Assembly: GCA_965603825.1 (NCBI GenBank)
Contig: CBFDEM010000021.1
Location: 558,001 to 622,000 of the forward strand
Source: Blepharisma stoltei ATCC 30299
Taxonomy: Eukaryota > Protista > Ciliophora
DNA: 64,000 nt
Direction: 5' to 3'
Part shown: in pieces, positions 60,478 through 64,000 of the stretch
Position numbering within the stretch: position 1 is the stretch's first letter
Layout of the letters: every line of letters starts with the position of its first letter
Made by a program: the position numbers and the translations under genes
Notes under the pieces: model-generated
What the model was told of the DNA's origin: nothing
What the model saw: the letters and a program-made list of their open reading frames with translations, nothing else
Database searches by the model: none

Positions 60478-61872
60478 ATGTCTCAGCACAGTCAATTAGA
60501 TAACTATATCGTCTTACGTGGACTGGGAAAGGGAGCCACTGCAAAAGTCAAAGCAGTGCGTGACCCTGAAACTGGCCTCGTATACGCAGCAAAAATCTTG
60601 AAATTCCAGAATGAAGCTCTCACTGCCAGATTTCGAGAAGTCGTCCAAAATGAGATGCAAAGTCTCAACAGAATCAATCATCCTAACATCGTAAATCTAG
60701 TTCACGCCAATGAGAGCGGAGTCTATACAAGGAAAAATGGATCTAAATATAATTGCATGTATATGATAATAGAGCTTTGCCCGAACGGGGAGCTTTTTGA
60801 CGTCTTATTTCAATCAGGAAGATTTGATGAAAGGGTAGCCAGATTTTACTTTCATCAGCTGATCGAAGGACTTGAAGCTTGTCATCGGGCTGGTGTAACT
60901 CATAGAGATTTAAAGCCTGAAAATATATTATTTGATGAAAATTTTAACTTAAAAATTACAGATTTCGGATTCGCTTTTTCAATAGAAGGCAGAGATGGAT
61001 CTGGATTTTTGCATACACACTTGGGAACTGAAGGCTATATGGCTCCAGAAATCCATGCAAGGCAGCCATACAGTGGTGCATCTGTAGACGCTTTTGCATC
61101 TGGAATCATCTTATTCATCATGTATTCACAGAATCCACCATTCAGCAAGGCTGTTCCGACAGACCCATACTATAAGCTGCTATCAAATAGAGAAGAAAAG
61201 TTTTGGCAACTGCATTCAAGGAATAAGCCTTCAGGCCACTATTCTGCTGAATTTAAATCTTTGATCACAGACATGCTTGCTTTAGATCCAGCAAGAAGAC
61301 TGACTATTGAGCAAATTAAAGCTCATCCCTGGTATAATGGTCCTATTGCTTCAGCCCAAGAAGTGGGACAAGAGCTTAGAGCCAGACAACGGGGAATAAT
61401 TGAAGCTGCAGAAAGGGCTCAGGAGCAAAGACAAAAAGCATTTGGACAGAAATCAGGTATTGTATGTCAGGGAGGTAGATTCTATAGAGGTGAAGAAACA
61501 GATATAGGAGATCTTTCTTTATCTTTTTCAATACCTCAAGAAGAACTAATTGCTAAGCCTCTACCTGAAAATTTTCAAGCAGTTAACAAATTCTCACAGC
61601 TATTCACAGGGTTGTGCCCCCAAGATGTTATGACTATAATTTCGCTTTGCCTTTCAGATTATAATGCGGAGTGTGAGATTTCTCAGGATTGCTATAAAGT
61701 TGTAGCCAATGTGGTTACAGAAACTGATTTAGTTAACTTCAAAGTTAATATTTATGATGCTGGAAATTTCATGACTGCACTTTCGTTTGACTTACTGAGA
61801 GGCAGCAAATTTGATTTAATGAATATATACAGAAAAGTTGAAGAGAGAATACAAGAAGTTCAAAACTCTTAA
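60478..61872 (+). CDS. CAMK-group (SNF1/MARK-like) Ser/Thr kinase with KA1-like C-terminus
   Basis: LGKGATAKV, AAK, HRDLKPEN, DFG, GT..YMAPE. Confidence 0.95.
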   Translation: MSQHSQLDNYIVLRGLGKGATAKVKAVRDPETGLVYAAKILKFQNEALTARFREVVQNEMQSLNRINHPNIVNLVHANESGVYTRKNGSKYNCMYMIIELCPNGELFDVLFQSGRFDERVARFYFHQLIEGLEACHRAGVTHRDLKPENILFDENFNLKITDFGFAFSIEGRDGSGFLHTHLGTEGYMAPEIHARQPYSGASVDAFASGIILFIMYSQNPPFSKAVPTDPYYKLLSNREEKFWQLHSRNKPSGHYSAEFKSLITDMLALDPARRLTIEQIKAHPWYNGPIASAQEVGQELRARQRGIIEAAERAQEQRQKAFGQKSGIVCQGGRFYRGEETDIGDLSLSFSIPQEELIAKPLPENFQAVNKFSQLFTGLCPQDVMTIISLCLSDYNAECEISQDCYKVVANVVTETDLVNFKVNIYDAGNFMTALSFDLLRGSKFDLMNIYRKVEERIQEVQNS

Positions 61873-61886
61873 TTGAAAATTTAATA

Positions 61887-62576
61887 TTATACATTTCTGG
61901 AAATCTTACTTATTTTTTCTAAGAAACCGTCATTTTCAATCCTTAATTTTTCAATTCGATTTTCTATTTGAAAGATTTGCTTTTCAGCTTCATTGGATTC
62001 AATTTTAAATTGATCTCTTTCTTTCATTTGATATGATAACTCTTTCTTCATTTTCTTTGTGACACTAAGTAGCCCATTAATCGCTAAGTCTTCAGCTTCC
62101 ATCTGCAATTTGATATTTGTGCATTTTTCATATATTTCCTTCACTTCATTGTCTATATCTCTCACTTCTTTATCTAGAATACGGATTTCTCTGCCTATTC
62201 TTTCTCTGTCCTCCCCTATTTTTTCATTTGCTTTTCTGATTTTTGCGTTTTCATTGTGTAGTTTGTCGTGATTCTTTTTAATTTTGTTGGCATATGACGA
62301 GCTTAAATATAATTCTCTTTTAAGCTGGTCTGCAATGTCCTGCAAAACGTCTTTTTGCTCATTTAAAGTGGTAAGTTCTTCCATTAGGAGTTTTAGTTCG
62401 GCGGAGGATTGTTGTAGCTCTTCATGGTAGTCTGAATATTGAATTCTTTCTGTCAATCGTGAAGATCTGAGGCCAAGTGGTGTAGATGAACGACTGTGAA
62501 AACTGGGATGAGCCTGCCGTAAAGCTGATGAAGATCGAGGATATGGCTTTCGATTTGATAAAGGCGCTGAACGCAT
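61887..62576 (-). CDS. Coiled-coil hypothetical protein
   Basis: 229-aa ATG..TAA ORF. Confidence 0.75.
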   Translation of the reverse strand: MRSAPLSNRKPYPRSSSALRQAHPSFHSRSSTPLGLRSSRLTERIQYSDYHEELQQSSAELKLLMEELTTLNEQKDVLQDIADQLKRELYLSSSYANKIKKNHDKLHNENAKIRKANEKIGEDRERIGREIRILDKEVRDIDNEVKEIYEKCTNIKLQMEAEDLAINGLLSVTKKMKKELSYQMKERDQFKIESNEAEKQIFQIENRIEKLRIENDGFLEKISKISRNV

Positions 62577-62653
62577 ATTTAAATATCAAATAAATTCCTT
62601 TTAGTATAATTTAATGAAAACTGAGCTATATGCTTTACACAAATGAAAAGAGT

Positions 62654-63370
62654 TTAGAAGTATTTTGAGAGGTATTCCACCGATGGACTGTAAGCTGAAG
62701 GACCTGGAGATTGTGAATGAGGAATGTAATCAAGTTTCTTGTCTGTTGTATCGATTATTGCTCTTGGAGACTTTGATCGAGTAATTGCATTTTTCACTCT
62801 ATAAGCAGCTGGCCCAGGACTTCGTTGACGATTATCATGGAGATTTCTTTCAGCCTTGGCAAATGTTCCTCTTTGAATTTTTGGAGAATGATACCTAAAA
62901 TTAAAAAAGTCCGTTTTTGCATTGTCGCTTAAAGGACTTTGGTAAGTAATGACAGTCTCATCTCCCGAAGGGATGCTTTCTAATAATTTGCAAGAACTGC
63001 TTCCTATTGGTAATGTCTGTGCTTTTTGTGGAATTTCGATTTTTAGATTGATATCCTTAACTTTTCCTTCCAAACTTAAATTTCAATCTTCTTTACATGT
63101 TTTTGATATTTTATTTGGCCTTCTAGGTGCATTTTGTGATAATTCTAGTGATTTTCAAGCCTCATCTATGATTTGGCTGATGACGACTTTTAATGGCCCT
63201 TTGAGATTTACTGCTAATTTTTGATTCTTTTTATACTCAATCAATAGTAGGCTAGCTAGCCATTCATTAAATGTATCTAAATGTCCTGATGATAATAAAT
63301 AGTTTTTCATTTCTCGATATGATGAAGCTTTATCATAGTTTTCAAAATTTTTGCCGTAAGCACAGTTCAT
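62654..63370 (-). CDS. Protein with C-terminal SPGP.AY (SHIPPO/STPG-type) repeats
   Basis: ORFs 63155-63370 and 62654-63073 in frame across TGA 63155 and 63083. Confidence 0.78.
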
Positions 63371-63766
63371 TTAATTATAAGCAGAAGCCTAATTAATTAT
63401 AATCAAAAATTTAGAGCGTCTTTGATATATTTAATTGAATAGCCTTGGACTTAACGGTTCATAATAATCTTTATTTAAATTGGTCATCTCAAAGTATGTC
63501 AACATTCAAATTATTTGAATTGCAAAATAAAACTCTAAATATAAAGTAAAATAGCTCTGAGGGGTATATAAAATTAATCAATCATTCAAACTAATAATAA
63601 TATTGAAAGGTAAATTGATTTTAGCTAATAAAGATGGTGACTTATTGCATCTAAAAGAAAATTCGAAAATTTGCAAAATAAAGTCTCTTAAAAAATAATA
63701 AAACTGCTAAGTTATCACACTTTGAATAAAAAACTAAGAATATTCAATAAATTAAATAGCTATAAT

Positions 63767-64000
63767 ATGGACCGAAGCGATTCTTCAACAGCTGAAGAAG
63801 AATTATACATAATCTTAAAAGATGCCCTTACAAGTGAGAACAAGCAAATAATTGATTGCTACGACAAAGTGTTTTTGAGAAACTTACTAAACTCTTCACG
63901 CGAAAATTCTATGCATATGAACATTTCACATGAAGGCAGATATATATTTAAAGGATACCCTTCTGGGAACTATATCAAGCAGCTAGCAAAAGTTGTTGCT
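63767..64000 (+). CDS. 5' part of a hypothetical protein (runs out of window)
   Basis: ATG 63767 after AT-rich spacer, frame open to the end. Confidence 0.65.
   Translation, partial: MDRSDSSTAEEELYIILKDALTSENKQIIDCYDKVFLRNLLNSSRENSMHMNISHEGRYIFKGYPSGNYIKQLAKVVA

Noticed and set aside
1-64000. Interpreting TGA-split genes as pseudogenes or selenoproteins
   Set aside because: TGAs fall on conserved Trp (not Cys) columns of essential genes and frames continue without shifts

Overview
AT-rich, extremely gene-dense eukaryotic DNA that reads as the somatic (macronuclear) genome of a heterotrich ciliate, most likely Blepharisma. This identification is an inference from two features. First, in-frame TGA repeatedly falls on invariant Trp positions of conserved proteins, so UGA=Trp while TAA/TAG are stops. 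Second, genes are interrupted by 15-16 nt GT-AG introns with an A six bases from the 3' end. The supplied standard-code ORF track therefore fragments most genes. Rebuilt with UGA=Trp and 11 micro-introns, the window holds about 38 protein genes. These include AP-3 beta, BRCA2, importin alpha, MRPL3, NAT9, an Mlp1-type La protein, two PMCA-type ATPases, a multi-GAF/PAS phosphodiesterase, V-ATPase E, FAM172/Arb2, CDC14, SRP9 and a CAMK-group kinase. The most informative region is a tandem duplication at about 26.1-37.5 kb. Its dead PDE copy carries an 81-bp TA-bounded insertion that looks like a retained IES and is absent from the live gene. Between its two PMCA paralogues, one TGA aligns with TGG (Trp) and another aligns exactly with the TAA stop, hinting at context-dependent UGA decoding. 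All product names come from motif recognition by eye; no database search was run.
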